Shown here one piece after another: positions 34,336-48,332 of a stretch of DNA of 64,000 nucleotides (positions within the stretch are counted from its first letter, which is position 1; each line of letters begins with the position of its first letter). Under the pieces are notes generated by a model that saw nothing but the letters and a program-made list of their open reading frames with translations, did not search any database and was not told the origin of the DNA. The translations under genes were made by a program, and so were the position numbers. Origin of the DNA: Toensbergia leucococca (taxonomy: Eukaryota). The DNA is taken from positions 62,001 through 126,000 of the forward strand of contig JALDZS010000042.1 in the NCBI GenBank assembly GCA_022813965.1, in the 5' to 3' direction.

Positions 34336-35696
34336 ATGACTTCCCAACAGCCAAACGGCTCAATGAGCAAACCGCAGATCCAGCCTTGTCATTACAAAAC
34401 GGGAAAGACTCTGGGAGCCGGGTCGTACTCGGTGGTGAAGGAATGTGTGCACATAGACACCGGAAGATACTATGCTGCAAAGGTTATCAACAAGCGAATG
34501 ATGGCAGGAAGGGAGCATATGGTCCGTCGATACGCTGTGCATCGTCACCCTTTTGCCGACATGTCCTTGCGGCTGATCTTCAATGGTCCAGGTACGGAAC
34601 GAAATTGCCGTCTTGAAAAAGGTGTCAATGGGTCATCAAAACATCCTGACGTTGGTTGACTATTTCGAAACAATGAATAATCGTAAGTCCATGACTTTGG
34701 TAATGCACCTTGAGCATTATTCTAACAATCGCAGTATACCTAGTCACGGACCTTGCTCTTGGTGGCGAGTTGTTTGACCGAATTTGTCGTAAAGGGAGTT
34801 ACTACGAATCCGACGCCGCAGATCTCATTCGCGCGACTCTTTCGGCCGTGGCCTACCTCCACGACCATGGCATCGTGCATCGAGACCTGAAGCCGGAAAA
34901 CTTACTCTTTCGAACACCCGAAGATAACGCGGATCTCCTGATTGCCGATTTTGGACTTTCGAGGATAATGGATGAAGAGGCCTTCCACGTCCTTACCACG
35001 ACCTGCGGGACACCTGGCTACATGGCTCCCGAGATATTTAAAAAAACCGGCCACGGCAAACCTGTGTAAGACTTTGGAACATCCGAATATCCCAGTCTCA
35101 ATATTCGCTTACGTTTTTGATGCAGGGATGTTTGGGCTATAGGTGTGATAACATATTTCCTCCTTTGTGGGTATACTCCCTTCGACCGAGATTCCAATCT
35201 TGAAGAAATGCAAGCCATCCTCGTCGCCGACTATTCCTTCACGCCCCTCGAATATTGGCGCGGCGTGTCTCTTTCTGCGCGAGAATTCATTAAACGCTGT
35301 CTTACCGTTGACCCCAACGCTCGCATGACCTCCCACGAGGCTCTTTCGCATCCATTCGTGGCTGAGCGGGGTGAAGGCGGAGACAACGCCGATCTGTTAC
35401 CTGTAATCAAAAAGAACTTCAACGCACGGAGGACATTGCATGCCGCGATTGATACGATTCGGGCAATCAACAAGTTGAGGGAAGGAGGAGCGGCAGGGAT
35501 GATGAACGGCGCAATGAGCGTAGATCCAAAATTAAAGGAGGCGCCTGAGGAGAAGGTTGTAGGACAAGGCGGGGACAAGATGGAGGTTGATAGCAGAGGG
35601 AATGCCAGAGGCCAGACGGAGCAGCAGATCAAAGAGCAGGAGAGGAGGGTGCATGAAACGACTCAAGGCCTATGGAAAGCCGGATCTGCGAGATGA
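34336..35696 (+). CDS. cmkB: Ca2+/calmodulin-dependent protein kinase (CmkB type), 4 exons
   Basis: YKTGKTLGAGSYSVVKECVH, VRNEIAVLKKVS, GGELFDRIC, HRDLKPEN, ADFGLS, CGTPGYMAPE; CaM-binding-like KKNFNARRTLHAAIDTIRAINKL. Confidence 0.88.
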
Positions 35697-36315
35697 AGAG
35701 ATGGAGGCGAAGAGTCTGCAATTGTCGATAGGTAGGATTGGGGGTTAACATAGTTCATGAAAGCGTCTCTGCCTCTACGGATGGCCAAGGTGGTCATGAG
35801 CATGGTTTGTTATTATTTGATTCTTGTGGACTTTTGAAGAAGGGTGGCAGCTACCATCATATGGACGGCGTTTGTATCAGGGCGAGGAGATGACGAATTG
35901 TTATTACTGACTTGGGTGGCTCCCCCCCCCCGGCCCCCAGCTTACAAAGATAGATGAATTATTTATTGGACATGACGCTGTTGATTTCCACGTACTTTAT
36001 ATTCACCGTCTGTTCACTGTCGTGTTAGGTAGGCTTGGATGGTGCGCTCTGGTACTTATTTCTACTTTCTCGTGCTTTGTGAAGAAATCCTTTGGCCATT
36101 AACATGTTATCATGATGAATTAGTAGACTTGTGTGGAATATTTGATATCGATTCGTAACGGCCGAAATGATTTTCCATCTATTCTAAATCCCAACATTTC
36201 TATGGAGAAAGCCAAGCCATCTCCTGGGTATCTCATTCAGATGAACCTTCAAAGCGCCCCACTCGCTCCTCTAAGAGCATCGTATTCCACACCTCTTCTT
36301 TCCCTCGGCCGCTTC

Positions 36316-37373
<1,058 letters not shown>

Positions 37374-38740
37374 TTAGCCTCAATTAGTATTCCGTAGATA
37401 GCATCATGATTGAATATAAATGCACATGCACATGCGATTGTGCTTTGTGCATTTTATGCATCTGCTAGAATACCCCGTACTCCGTACACACCTTACTCAT
37501 GCCGTCCAGGTAAGGTATGACTGAGCTACCTACTGCGGTAAAGCGCCTTGTGTAGTTATGAAACAGGGCTGCTCATCCACCAATCAATCTACGCGGATCC
37601 TCCCCTTCAATTTTCAAATCATAGAATCATTATGAGGAATCCGCCCTATTCAAGACTATGTGAGACGCTTTACCGGAATAGATAGCTCAGTCATACCTGG
37701 ACGGCATGAGTGATCGCCTTCCCAGTTTGCACATCTAATCAAATAAAACCTACTCAAGATTCTCACCCCGAGCATCCACGCGCTATTTCTAATTCCTATT
37801 GATAATCTTCCGTCCGATACAAAGCACATTCGTGTCTCTGTCTTCCGCAGCAACTCCATATATGTATCTCTTTTGCTGGTCCTATGTACGAGATATATGG
37901 ACGGCGTTGAGAAACAATGCTACGAGTCAAATGAGTCCAAGTCTGCGAGTCCTACAATCTGTATACTTGGTGCCGTAGCTGTCGTTCCATGATCAAATGA
38001 AAGTTCTCGGGTCTCCCTTGCACGTACCTTCTCTCTCATCACCGACATCATTTGAAGATAGATTCTCTACCAAGTATCGCTTGAACTTATCATGCCGTCC
38101 TGTAACATTCAAAGAACTCTGCCATCATCCTAAAGCCAGGTCAGTAACCCTTACCACACCTCTATCAAAGCAGAGTAGCCATTCCACCCTCTGCTGTTCC
38201 TCTATTGCATTTTCCTCACATCGCCATGGATTCCACATGTTCGCTGTCCTACAGATCCTCGAGTCTTGATGCCCAAAGTAACATGCTCCATTCTATGCAG
38301 ACACAACCTCAATTCTATCCTAGTGCCTTGCAAATACTAAGACCTATGGCTTTAAGTCTCCATTCAGAATTCGAGGCGTGCTTGTGAATCGGACGCTTGA
38401 AGCCGTCTTGAAAACATTCTTCTCCGCCTAAGGCCCTGGCACGCTGATTGTTGTACCTAGAAGCAAAATAATTGCCCGTGGTGAACTGAAATTGATTCTT
38501 TTGTGCTTTTCTCGACTATGCTATGCCTCTCCTGAAAGACAACCAAACAAAACACAGAAATATGAAGTAAGCTCGCCTGCAGCAACTAAAAGTCCCCTCG
38601 ACCACCACATTCCATACCATGCGACAAATTATGGCAAATCATCATGTGACACAGGAGGTCTGCTTATCATCGCCATGAAGGCTGTAGTACAAATTAACAA
38701 TTTGCTAGGAAAGATAGAGCCTGCCAAGGAAGATTCATTT

Positions 38741-41700
38741 CTAGATGTACCACATGCCGTATGGGATCCTATTGATCTCGTCCATTACCAGTAATGGTTT
38801 CTCCTCGGTAGGTGGCTTTTCAGAAGAGGTCGTCGACTTCTGCGCCTTCAGGATCTCATCGCTCAGATGAGGCCCCGCGCTCGCCGGAATATCCTCATGT
38901 GAACGAGCGCGATTCGAAGCCAAGTGCGCGTAGTACACAGCCGGAACTGGTCCATCATCAGTGTGAAACTCGGAAATGGGGCGAGAAAGATGCTTACAGA
39001 GCGAAACCGGCGTGGTAGAACGCATGTACTGATAGCAGTGCTCGTATATCATGTTCTGCAACTCGTGGGGTTTCATCTTCGCATCATCCATCAAGACGTG
39101 ATAGTGGGTTGGACGAGCTGTTCCCTGAATGGCAGAGTGAGAGTTCAAGTAGAAATCGTACTCGAACGGATGTGTAACATCCTTCTCGACTAGTGTTCCA
39201 GGAACGGGGTTGCAATTCTTGTCCGACGCTGGTGTATTCGCCTGCGGGAAAAAGCGAATATGATGACGCTTCGAGGCCACCACCACGGTATACTTGATCT
39301 GCCCAGTCGTCAGCGCCTGATGGAAAATGAATGTCAAAATACACTTACCGGCCATTGTGGATTCACAACACTGAAAAGTGCCTTGATGTCTTTCACTTCA
39401 TGTTGAAGAACATGTTGGTACTGCCCTTCAGATACACCATCCCGGAAATAGAAAACGTGGTTTGGCAAGCGCCCCGAGCCGACATGCATCGACCATTCCC
39501 TTAAGAGAGGACGGAGCATCTCCCCGAGGTTGTTGGTCGTGATCATCTCGACGCGATGTCCATTGGTCTGGCATGCTGCAGCGTAGCGAGCAGCTATCTT
39601 ATCCATGGAGACAGTGACGGCTGCCATTGATGCCTGGAGACTCCCAGGGGATGCATGTGAGACATCTGCCCCGATGATGAGAGTTCCTTCTGCCAATTGA
39701 CCCCAAGGTTTGGTCTTCTAAAACATTTATTAGCATTCAATCGGCTCAGAGGATCAGAGCAGCTTACAGGGCTAGCACGAGCAGTTGTACCGCCCATCTT
39801 GGCGTTGAATTTCATTAGTACATTGGAGATATACTGAGCCGCGCATTTCTTGACATGCACCGACTGACAGCATTGGGACATGACGCCGAAGCGGCAGTCA
39901 GATGACTTCTTGACCCGGAGGTAGTGAAAGGCATCTCTCCCATTTAGGATGAACAACATCATCTGTGGTCGCTTCTGAAATTTGTTGCCGGTCTGCATGA
40001 AACACTCATTGACTCCAGCTCCTGCATCGACTTGGAAAGTAATCAAAGGCTCCGCTGCCACACGGTCAACTATCCCGCCATGAGACTTATAGATAGTAAG
40101 GAAGGTGCTTATGAAATGTTTGACTTCTTCCAAGCTCACGTCGTCGCGGCTCTGTCTCGCACCTTTGAAGACACAGACACCCCAAGAAGTCAGCGTGTCC
40201 TTGTTCATATTCAAGAATTTCTTGCCCTTCAGATCCCAACGACCACTATAACCGGGCTTGGCACTGCCGTTGGCAAACACAACTTCGGGAGGATTCAGAA
40301 CACGGGCACTGGTCTTGAGCATATTGACATCTATTCTCATCCCGTATGTCTTGAGCTTCGGGTCAGCGGGCCAATCCAGCATCGTTAATCCTTGCTGGAT
40401 AGTTTCAAGTCGCTGTGCGGGTTTCGTTACCGCGAACTTGATCATTTCAGACGTCTGTTTCTCACTCAGCTTGTACGGATATCGCTGTCCTGGTACCATA
40501 AGACAACACTCCATTGGGAAATGTTCTCCCTTCGGCGTAACAAGTAAGGGCAGATCAGGCCACTGTAAACGAAGGTTGTAGACCTCGATAAAGTATTCGT
40601 ATACAGTACTCTCCTTCACAACTTCCTTGGTCACCTTATCTTTGATACCAAATTTGTAATTTCTCGCGGTCTGGTGTGAAACATCCTTGATTATGTATTG
40701 TTTCTCCTTCTGTTCTGTTCTGGGTCAGCTGATACATTTATCCCTACCAGCAGGGCTTAGAGCTTACCCGGGGTGGCGTAACGATGCGTAACAGTGAACT
40801 TGTTCTTCTTGAGTCTCTTCAAGCTCTGAAATTGAGGGGTGTCTCTAAATGGACCTCCAGCCCGCTGCTGAACCGGCGCAATTCTATGACATAGGTCAAT
40901 CATGCTCTCAGCACCCGACATCTGCAGGGCATTCGATGAAATTGCGCAAGCGTGCCAGAAGCAAGAATTAGACACATCGACGTTTACTACAAGTCGGCCC
41001 CCCTCGAGAGATTGTCAGCAAGATAGATCGAGTCCTTCGTTGGATTGAGAAGTCATACCTGAACGGCACGGATCGACTGGTAGACACCTTTCAGAGCCTC
41101 AACACCTCCCCCAATGACTTTACGACCACCGTTACTACGGGCGAAAAAAGATCGCTTGACCGAGATGTGGTTTTTCGATGGTGTCTCTCTCAAGAGGTGG
41201 TCCAAGAAATCTGTGACAGTTAGTAGGTACCTTATTTGCAAGCAGGCAGCTAATTCTCACTTATGCCCTCCAACACTGAATTATCGAAAGACATTTGACC
41301 TTTTACGTAAGCGCCGACGGCAGCGAGATTGACAACGCTAGTTTGGCGGATCTGGACTCTATGCTTGTTATCGCGACCACCAGTTCGACCTCTCTCCTCA
41401 TCAAGGTCAACACTGAATTGCAAGTCTTGAGAAATCTTGGACGTGGCCCTTGCGGAATGTCAGACTATGCTCAGTTTTACGCAAGATTCAAATTATCGCA
41501 GACTCACCAAGCGATCTTGTTGCCGTCAAAGATCCAGCATTCTCCATTGTAGCGCTTAATGATGTCCTGAAGGGTCTTTGAATGCCAAACGGCCTGGATG
41601 AGGCCACGCTTCTCAGCACCTGAACCGATGTTCACCTATATGGCACGACTAGCTTAAGTTATCTGAGTTTAAAAGGTCGATGGCGGAGTTATCTAACAAA

Positions 41701-42784
41701 GCTTATTACGGCAGTTGAGCAATATGACACGGGCATTTGACGGCAAGGCACACTAGTTGGCAGAAGAGATAGTGAAGACGCAGGACCGAGAAACTGGAAA
41801 CTTACATCATACTGAAACACGTTGACAGTCGGAGGAGACAACATTGGATAAGAGTTGATGGCGAGTTGTACACCTTTGCCGGTGTTATTGAACTCTTCGG
41901 GCCGCTTCATGAGCTCGGTCGGCATATCATACTTTACTTCGTTAGTCTCTCGATCCCACTGACGAAAATAAATAATCTCCATCTTCACCAAAGACGGAAG
42001 GGATGATAAAGTATGGTAACTTCAGACGAGACAAGAGTAGCAGAATAGAAGTGAGCAAGACAAGATTATCTCGATAGCTGTTGAGCAAGGTGTTGGGACA
42101 GAGGGCGAGGAATAAGAAGAGACCAAGCACTAATGCTAAGCTAAAGGCTTCTGGTGCGAAGTATGTAGAAGAAAAGATGGGAGGAAGAGTGTGTTAGCAA
42201 AGATACTTATACCCCAGGATCCCAATAGTTCTCTGGCGCGGTTGTGAAGCGCAAAGGTGAAGCGCAATTATGAAGCAAAATTATGAAGCGGAAATTATGA
42301 AGGGGAATTATGAATTTCGAGATGAATTCGCTTATCTCACGAGAACCAAACAATCGAGTAGCAGATTTCAACAACGCTGATGCGGTACACAACATAAAGA
42401 ATGGATGAAGACGTTGGGAGAATAATGCTCATATAAGAATCTCATGGCAAAGCTGGAACTTACTTCTGAAAAGATGTTATACACATTCCCTGGGAAATCA
42501 ACGTTTCGATTCAGCGCGATAGACATGTCACGAGCTGGGTCTCTCAAGATTGGCTTTACGCTGGTGCTTGCTTGGCTAGGAGGCGGTGCGTTTGATGTTT
42601 GACGCTCGCGAACTGGTAGACCAGACGTAGAGCCCGGTCCATGCGGATCTCCTGGTCCATCAACTTGGAGAGCTGGCTGGGAAGGGCTTGGCTCAGTCAG
42701 CGTTACGCCAGTCTCCGTGTTATCGCGCCCGTTGTGCCCAGCTTTCCTATCCTTCGCCGCCCGCTTCTTGGCTGCACCAGCCAT
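38741..42784 (-). CDS. Argonaute (QDE-2/Ago1-like) with N, PAZ, MID and PIWI domains, multi-exon
   Basis: MAGAAKKRAAKDRK N-terminus, FQYD, KGVYQSIR, FPMECC...GQRY, GRWDL, NVLMKFNAKMGG, IIGADVSH, FRDGVSEGQ, KRHHIRFFP, DFYLNSH..IQGTARPTHY, PAVYYAHLA, C-terminal MWYI. Confidence 0.93.
42244..42314. repeat. Degenerate tandem array of about 13-nt units (GTGAAGCGCAA x2, AATTATGAA x4) in Argonaute intron 1
   Basis: gtgaagcgcaaaggtgaagcgcaattatgaagcaaaattatgaagcggaaattatgaaggggaattatgaa. Confidence 0.8.
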
Positions 42785-44404
42785 AGTGAAAATTATGTCT
42801 CGAGATTGGAATAGACTTGGCAACATGTTAGTCAACGACCTTTGGAATACGACGGATGCAGATGAGTAAGATCTTGGAGGCAATTGACAAAGCGATGTCG
42901 AAGGAAAGACCAATATGATGGAGGTAGCGACATATGACGAAGGAGATCGAGAAGTAGGATGAGGAGGTAGGAGAACAAGACGAGGGAGGTAAGAATTTGG
43001 TGACGGAGGTGGAAGTCCTTGATGGATGGAGAAAGCTAAGAAGTTGAACAAGGTAGAGGAACACGATGATGCGGGTACAAGAATAAGGTAATAGAGGTGC
43101 ATGAGTGAGGTGATAAGGGTGAGTTGGTGTTGTGAGATACTAAGGAGCTCGAGTAGAAGGATGAGATGAAGAGCTTACTGTCTGATTATACCACCAAGAC
43201 CTAGGACAAGGCAGATCTACTGAGACGGTGAGAAACTACTTGAGTGGCTGCACCTAGTCAAGTGAAGAAAGCTTGGTCTATCTAGAAAGAGGAAGACAGA
43301 GCAAGCAAGGGTGAGCTTGCTTGCAGATGATTTAGCGTTGGAGATGTAGCGTACTCTGTACGAGTACGTTGGAAGAGTGGGATGACGAGAGGTAGAAGTG
43401 ATAGAGTAAGAAGAGATGTTGTGGTGGATGAGAAGTAGAGGCTGAGAGGTGGAAGATGAGAGGTAGAAGATGAGAGGTGGAGGATGAGAAGTGGATGATG
43501 AAAGGTAGGAACTGAGAGGAAGGAAAAGAAGTAGGAGGCTAGGATAGTAAACACAGCTCTTCCGCTTGGCGGCTCGCTTAGCTGCGTCAAATACGGTGTG
43601 TTAGCTTTGTTAGAACTCAGTGAGTTGAGGCAGGTAAGAAACTCTGTTTGCTCGGTCTTGGAATGCACTGACGGCAGGCCTCTTCTCCGTGGGTGATTGA
43701 GACGGTCATACTGATATAGTTTGCCAAGGCGGTTAGTCTACCCGGCGCTTAGCCGCCGGAGCGGCTATCCCGCCTACCCTCTTTAGCTGCATCAGCCAGG
43801 ACCCTTCTCGCCACTTTGGTACGCAATGCAAATTTTACTTCAAGGTACTCGTACGCTGCCACTGGCTGCTTGCTCGCTCGATCGTACAATATCACGTGAC
43901 ATGACTTCCAATATCAGCGTCCATCTGGGTACCAGATCCCTCTATAATTTACGCTTTACTAGGCTCTCAAACAATACAGTGAACAGGAAGATCATTGGGT
44001 CATTTGAATTGGCAGACATAATCAAGGGTGGTCATCCATCATTTGCAAGGCGACAAAAGTAGGGTTCGAAAAAATAGATTGTCTAGAATACACAGGGTTT
44101 CCGCCCTCCTAAGCTCATCTGCATCCGCATCCAACCATTCTCCACACTTCACAGAGCGGTAGGCATCACTGCCAATTTACAGCGATAAGGCTTTGCTTGG
44201 GAGTATGTACGCTAAGGACTAGACGCTGAGTGAATCCAGTGTTTCGTCCCATTTCTCAAGACCAATGGAAAAGCCATGTACTTGCGTTGTAGCGGACGTC
44301 TTCCAAATGGTTGGTATGCTTCGTTCATAAGAGTGCAAGTCCACCGTAGTATGACTACCGAACCTTGCGCGCAAGGTTATATGAGCACAGTCCCAGTAAA
44401 TTAC

Positions 44405-47400
44405 CTATCGAATGAAAGAATGTTGTCCTGTGGGGTCTATTAACATTTATTCTGTAGTAAGAGATCCCTTTGGCCCTTTAGGAAGTAGTAGAGGTTCTTT
44501 CTGTGCCAATGTGATTGCGTGAGGAGTAACACTGCTTTAGAATGAAAAAGTATAACTGCAAACCGTCTTTGTAGTCACCAATGATGACGGAGATCAAGAC
44601 TCTCTCGCTCGTGGTTTCATATTGGATGATTTGGATTGAATCGCCATTCTTGGCGATCTAATGTCCGAGGATCACCTTCTTCCACACCAATGACATCGTG
44701 GTAAAGATTCTCATGACGCTGAAGCAGGGAGGAGTGATCGCAAGACAGACGAGAAAAGGAGTACCTACCATTATATTGGCCCGGCTGCATTTGCGGCATC
44801 GGTGGCATCAATCCCATCCCTGGGGGCGGAGGTCTAAGCTGCGCCATTGTCGCTGGAATATGTTTTTCTCGGATAAGTCTTACCATCTCCTCCGCCCTGA
44901 ATTTTGTAGCAAGGTAAGTCTCGGCTTTTGGTATAATACTTAAGAGGAAGAGAACTTCGCGTGGAAGCGCAGGCGGAGGTGGGGGTTGAGGTAATGCATG
45001 ACCATCGAGTTGCGGCACTTCGTGTGGCTGTCTGTTTCGCTTTTGCTGGTCGAGCCGTCGACCAGCCGCACCTTTAAGGGGGGATTCCCCACGAGCAAGC
45101 TTCCGCGGCCGTCCAGCGTCAGTATCAGAATCTTCGAAAGGGAGAGCGCGTTTTGGTGAATTAGGACGGGGGTCAAATCGGGTGGGAGGAGTTTGTTGCA
45201 CGAAAGGCAAAGTTTCAAGGCTGGGGAGAGCCTTTGGTCTTGCCTGGGTTGCTGGAGAAATAAGAGGTCGGATGGCCGTAGGGTCAAAGTCTTGTTGGAT
45301 GAAGCGTCGAGAAAATAAGGTGAGCGTTGGATCCTCTGGAAAAATATCACTCATTCGCTTTTCCAATTTGATTATTTGAACTATTTCGCCGTAACGAGAC
45401 TCGAAATCATGGAAAAACTGGTATAGCGGTTTCGCTTTATGAACCGTCTCCGCTTTCTGAGCCAGCTTAGTAACCGTGGTCTCGAAAACAACTCTCGCAT
45501 CTACTGAAGTCAGCCATGAATGAAGCTTGATGAGCAATGAGACGTACTGGTGTGATCGTTGTTAGCCACGAGATGCTTAATGTACTCTAATGCAAAGCCC
45601 TCATCGTCTGGGAAAAGCTTAAGGCCACGCTCGAAGATTTTCTTCGTAGCTTCGGGATCGTAACAGTGAAACTCGATCAAAGCACTCGCAACGTACACAT
45701 CACTCGTACAACGACCTCGTTTACGTGCATCTGTGAAAATCTGCCTCGAGCCGCCGATAGGGTCATTAACCTTTCCTTTGCCTTGAATACGCCGCATCGC
45801 ACGCATCAGGGCAATCCAGGCATGCGAGACAGTCTTTGATAGTAGACGAGTTTGAATAGCGGTTACCTTCTTGATCGCTTCTATCTGGAGAGCCTTTCTC
45901 TTTTCCATACTCTCTCTCTCTTCCTCATTAGTATCTTCATCCTCGTCGTCTCTCTGCCTATCACTACCTGGCTGTTTATCGTTGCTCGCAAATTGAGCCT
46001 CAACTCGAGCCAGATCTTGTATTTCACGCGTCTTGCCTTTCGCAATAAGATCATAAAGTGCATCAAGAACTTTGTCATAGGGTTCTCGCACCGCTGCACC
46101 GCGCCGTATGGCGCTCTCGTCACCTTCTTCGTTAGCTGTGGTGAGTTCAAGTCGATCTGCACGCTTGAATGCTAATAGGCAACTCTCAGGATTCGCAGCG
46201 ATACCATCACTGAGAAAGGTATCCCCGAGAGTCTCTAAGTTGTTGAGAAAGCAGAATTCAGCAGCATCAAACCACATTTCTGGCCAAAACCTCATAGCCA
46301 TCAGTGCATGCTTGTAAACAAAGACAATTCGATCTCTATATGCAGCTACATCTTCTTGCTTCAACACAAGAGGGTCATCCTTCTCCCACTGTATCCATCG
46401 CTTCCAGATATCCAGCTGCTTCATGTATTCAACATCGCCATCAAATCCTAGCGCAGGAGGTAGGTTTGGTAAACTACTTCGGCGTAGCTCACGGGTGATA
46501 TTTTGGAGCTCTATATTCGAGCTTCGCGCTGACACATATGCTGGTGATTGATCTTGGAGAAATTTACGACCCTGACATAATATTTAGCAGCTAAGTAGTC
46601 AACGTGACGGACTATGGATTCATACTGTAATTTTGTTCAACCCCATTTCGAAGACATCGTATTCTTTCCACAGAGTATTTGTAGATTGAGTAGGTATACA
46701 TATAGCTCGTTGATAGGTCTTGCGAAGAAGATCCATTTTTTGTTGATCTTGCCAATTGCTACCGCCGATAATTCCAGGACCGGATTTGATGAACTGAACA
46801 TAGTCCGACCAGATCTTTCCAGACTCTTTGTCAATACCTACCTGTTGCGCTGCAAGATCGTACGCTTGATAAATAGTCTGGCGGGCAGCACCTGAGGTAT
46901 CCGTGGTAGTATTATTGTGCCGGCGGATGTGGTCGAGATACATTGACCATAGCTGGACGTCTGGTATCTCAAGTAGGGTTCTGCCAAACACATTCTCCAT
47001 GGCATTTCGGTTTTGCGCCTCGTTCTCCATCTGGGCATACGCAACCCATTGTTGTGCCTGAATAGATTCGTTAGTAAGATTGCCTTCTCAAGAAATTGCA
47101 AGAAGAACAATCTTACTGCAGACGGAAATACTTTGAAAAATCGTTCGTAAACATTACGGGCATCTTCGATCTTGCCCCGCTTCTTATGCTCACCGATGAG
47201 GCTTAGCCAGGCATCCAAATCACCTCGTGGATCCTCCTTGATTCTGTCCTCTAATATGCCAATTTTGTCATGCGGGAGTCGAGCCCTTGGAGCTGCTGTG
47301 CTGGGGGTTATGTTCTGCAGCGATGTCGGAGACTGAGGCAGCACAATCAGTTGAGCTTGTGGTATATTGGTTGGCACGCTCGTGCTACCTGTCTGTGAGA

Positions 47401-48058
47401 CTGGTCCACTGTCGGGTAGGACAGAAGAAGGATTTGGGACGGTATCAGGAACATCATTCTGGATCATGTCTGCAGAATTGTGGACTAGTGGAGAGTTTTG
47501 TATTGATACATCTTCTGTAGACAGTTGCAAGAAAGGAGCAGGAGAAACAGAACGCGACGCCGGAGCATTAGGGTCACCATTTGTGTCTAGTACACCATTT
47601 GCAGTAGAACGTACGACTTCTCCACCATGCGACGGAATGGCACGTGAGGGTGTCCCATGATTTGGATAGGCGTTCGGAGTCGAAAGGCCGTTAGGGAGGT
47701 TTGGGGCATCAACCGGCAATGGTCTGGAGTGATCTCTCGCACTTGGAGTCGCTGTTGATGATCGCTGAGCGACAGAAGTTGTAAGTATCGAATCAGCCGA
47801 TACAGGCGACTGTTGTGACATGGAGGTGAATGGCAATGTATCATGTTGCGAAGCACCAACAAGGGAGGTCTGATTCAGAGGAGTGTTGTCATCAGAAAGG
47901 TCAGGAGGAAGGTCAGCTGCTTGGGCAGGATCATATTCATCACTTGAGTAAGAGTCTGCCTGCTGTTCGCTAGCTCCACTTGTTGCCTCGTAGTTCCCTG
48001 CTTCGTTCATCGCCTGCATAGAACTCAAGAAAGCTGCCTCCGCGTCTGCGTCGGCCAT
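44405..48058 (-). CDS. RNA14: mRNA 3'-end processing protein Rna14 (CstF-77, HAT repeats), multi-exon; 3' end uncertain
   Basis: RLPHDKIGILEDRIKEDPRGD, QLWSMYLDHIRR, WKRWIQWEKDDPL, WIALMRAMRRIQG, IFTDARKRG, KIFERGLKLF, ESPLKGAAGRRL. Last exon either 44427-44405 (GQHSFIR*) or unspliced read-through to 44617. Confidence 0.9.
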
Positions 48059-48310
48059 GATGGCCGTTAACAGCCTTGCCAGCCTAAGTCCACCAGGCCT
48101 CTGGTAAGATGTGCTGGGCTCTTCGATATCTGAGTGGATAATATAGATGGCGAGGAAAAGGTACTGAATTCGTTGAATGTGTTTTAGGAGTGAGTAAGTG
48201 ATAGAATGAAAACGGAATGCGTTGTTAACAATGAAACGGGAAATGATACCGAGTTGGTTTAGTCAGTGATTAGTCACTTATATCACCCCCTACACCAGCT
48301 AGGAGCCTAG

Positions 48311-48332
48311 GTAAGGTACCTAGGTACCTTAC
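48311..48332. repeat. Perfect 22-bp palindrome GTAAGGTACCTAGGTACCTTAC in the RNA14/ASF1 divergent promoter
   Basis: The sequence equals its own reverse complement. Flanks GAGC-CTA / TAG-GCTC extend the pairing imperfectly. Confidence 0.9.

Noticed and set aside
42244..42314. CRISPR-like array
   Set aside because: Eukaryotic intron, units of about 13 nt without unique spacers, and no cas genes.
43282..43668. 128-aa Leu/Ser-rich ORF and the N-terminal half of ORF 42368-43102
   Set aside because: They result from the pyrimidine-rich Argonaute leader and predicted UTR intron, where stop codons are scarce.
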